Notes under the pieces: model-generated
Told to the model about the DNA's origin: nothing
Database searches by the model: none
The model's input: only the letters and a program-made list of their open reading frames with translations
Made by a program: the position numbers and the translations under genes
Shown here: piece by piece, positions 62,163-64,000 of the stretch
How positions within the stretch are numbered: position 1 is the stretch's first letter
Layout: every line of letters starts with the position of its first letter
Origin: Alphaproteobacteria bacterium
GTDB taxonomy: Bacteria; Pseudomonadota; Alphaproteobacteria; UBA828
Assembly: GCA_965214705.1 (NCBI GenBank)
Contig: OZ243972.1
Coordinates: forward strand, 3,488,001-3,552,000
DNA: 64,000 bases
Reading direction: 5' to 3'

Positions 62163-63016
62163 AGCCCGCTCGCTTCCGCTACCTGCGCGCGGCGAGCGTG
62201 AACGAAGCGCTGCAGGCGCTCGCGGACAACCCCGACGCCCAAATCCTGGCCGGCGGCCAGAGCCTCATCGCCATGATGAACCTCAGGCTGGTGAAGCCCG
62301 CCTGCCTGATCGACATCAACCGGATTCCGGATATCGGCTACATCAGGGAAGATGGCGACGGCGTCGCCATCGGCGCGCTGGCGCGGCACAACGACGTCAA
62401 GCACTCGGCGCTGGTCCGGGAGCGCTGCCCGCTGCTGACCGAGGCTTACGGGTCGATCGCGCACCACACCGTGCGCAATCGCGGCACCCTTGGCGGTAAT
62501 CTCTGTCACGCCGATCCCTCGTCGGAGACGCCGGCGGTGATGGTTGCCGTGGGCGCGACGCTGGTGCTGCAGAGCCTGCGGGGCAGGCGCGAGGTCGGAG
62601 CGGAGGATTTCTTTCTCGGCACCTACGAGACGGCGCGGCGGCAGGACGAGATGCTGGTCGAGATTCGCATTCCCGGCCGCGGCACCGACGGCTGGGCCTT
62701 CGCCGAGATCAGCAACCGGCACGGCGACTTCGCCATCGCCGTGGTCGCGACGACCCTCACCCTCGCGAACGGGCGCTGCGAGGCGGCGCGCGTGGTGGCG
62801 AGCGGCGTCGGCGAGCACGCGGCACGGCTCCTGCCGGCGCAGGAAGCGCTGGTCGGCGGGCCGATCGACGATGCGCGCCTCGATGCCGTTGCGGCAGCGG
62901 CCGCTGGCGCGGTCGATCCGCATAGCGACAGCCATGCCGATGCCGCCTATCGGCGGGACGCGGTCGCCGCGCTGACCAAGCGGACCGTTCGCCGGGCCGC
63001 CGAGCGTTGCGGCTGA
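62159..63016 (+). CDS. FAD subunit (CoxM-like)
   Basis: MKPARFRY, AGGQSL, VRNRGTLGGN. Confidence 0.93.
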   Translation: MKPARFRYLRAASVNEALQALADNPDAQILAGGQSLIAMMNLRLVKPACLIDINRIPDIGYIREDGDGVAIGALARHNDVKHSALVRERCPLLTEAYGSIAHHTVRNRGTLGGNLCHADPSSETPAVMVAVGATLVLQSLRGRREVGAEDFFLGTYETARRQDEMLVEIRIPGRGTDGWAFAEISNRHGDFAIAVVATTLTLANGRCEAARVVASGVGEHAARLLPAQEALVGGPIDDARLDAVAAAAAGAVDPHSDSHADAAYRRDAVAALTKRTVRRAAERCG

Positions 63017-63028
63017 GGGGGACGCACC

Positions 63029-63507
<479 letters not shown>

Positions 63508-63511
<4 letters not shown>

Positions 63512-64000
63512 CCGATCGCGGCCACATCCCCGAGAGCCGGCAGCGCGAGAAGCCGCGCGCCGACCTGCAGTGGATCGGCAAGAGCATGAAGCGGGTGGAA
63601 GACCCGCGCCTCCTCGTCGGCAAGGGCGTCTATGCCGACGACATCAACGTGCCGGAGATGGCGCACGCCGCCGTGCTGCGCAGCCCCCACGCCCACGCGC
63701 GGATCGTCTCCATCGACGTGAGCAAGGCCGCCGCGCTCCCCGGCGTGCTCTGCGTGATGACCGGCGCCGATGCGGCCCAGGTCTGCGATCCGCTGCCCAC
63801 GTGGGCCAGCCCGCCGGTGCTCCAGGCAGTGATCGCCCACGACCGGGTGCGCCATGTCGGCGAGGCGGTGGCGGCGGTGGCGGCGGAGGACCGCTACATC
63901 GCCGAGGATGCCTGCGATCTGATCGAGGTCGAATACGAGCCGCTGCCCCCGGTGGTCGATCCCGAGGAGGCGCTGACGTCCACGGGCGATGCCGTGCTGC
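63508..64000 (+). CDS. Molybdopterin large subunit, partial (runs off window)
   Basis: MTDRGHIPESRQREKP...KSMKRVEDPRLL...LRSPHAHA; paralogue of 55961-58432. Confidence 0.9.

Overview
GC-rich bacterial window. About 1-51,759 is the right part of a large, heavily IS-invaded integrated mobile/defence island ending at a duplicated 3' fragment of tRNA-Pro (att site) beside a frameshifted tyrosine integrase. The island holds a MOBF (TrwC-like) relaxase broken by an IS91-like element and a group II intron twintron with that same element nested inside it. It also carries a row of small leading-region-like genes, an intact four-gene type III CBASS (CdnC-HORMA-TRIP13-NucC), a divergent uncharacterised three-gene module (TIGR04255-like, HTH, SQTCD protein), a 1560-aa nuclease-STAND protein, higBA and a probable decayed Acb2/Tad1-like gene. 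Mobile elements include three near-identical IS91/tyrosine-recombinase elements and a related fourth, IS110 with a candidate bridge RNA, IS1634, IS1380, and IS3 and IS21 remnants. Right of the att site are a DUF4338-ISAs1 element and a cluster of three molybdenum-hydroxylase (CoxMSL/xanthine dehydrogenase family) subunit sets. All family calls come from motif recognition by eye; no database search was run.
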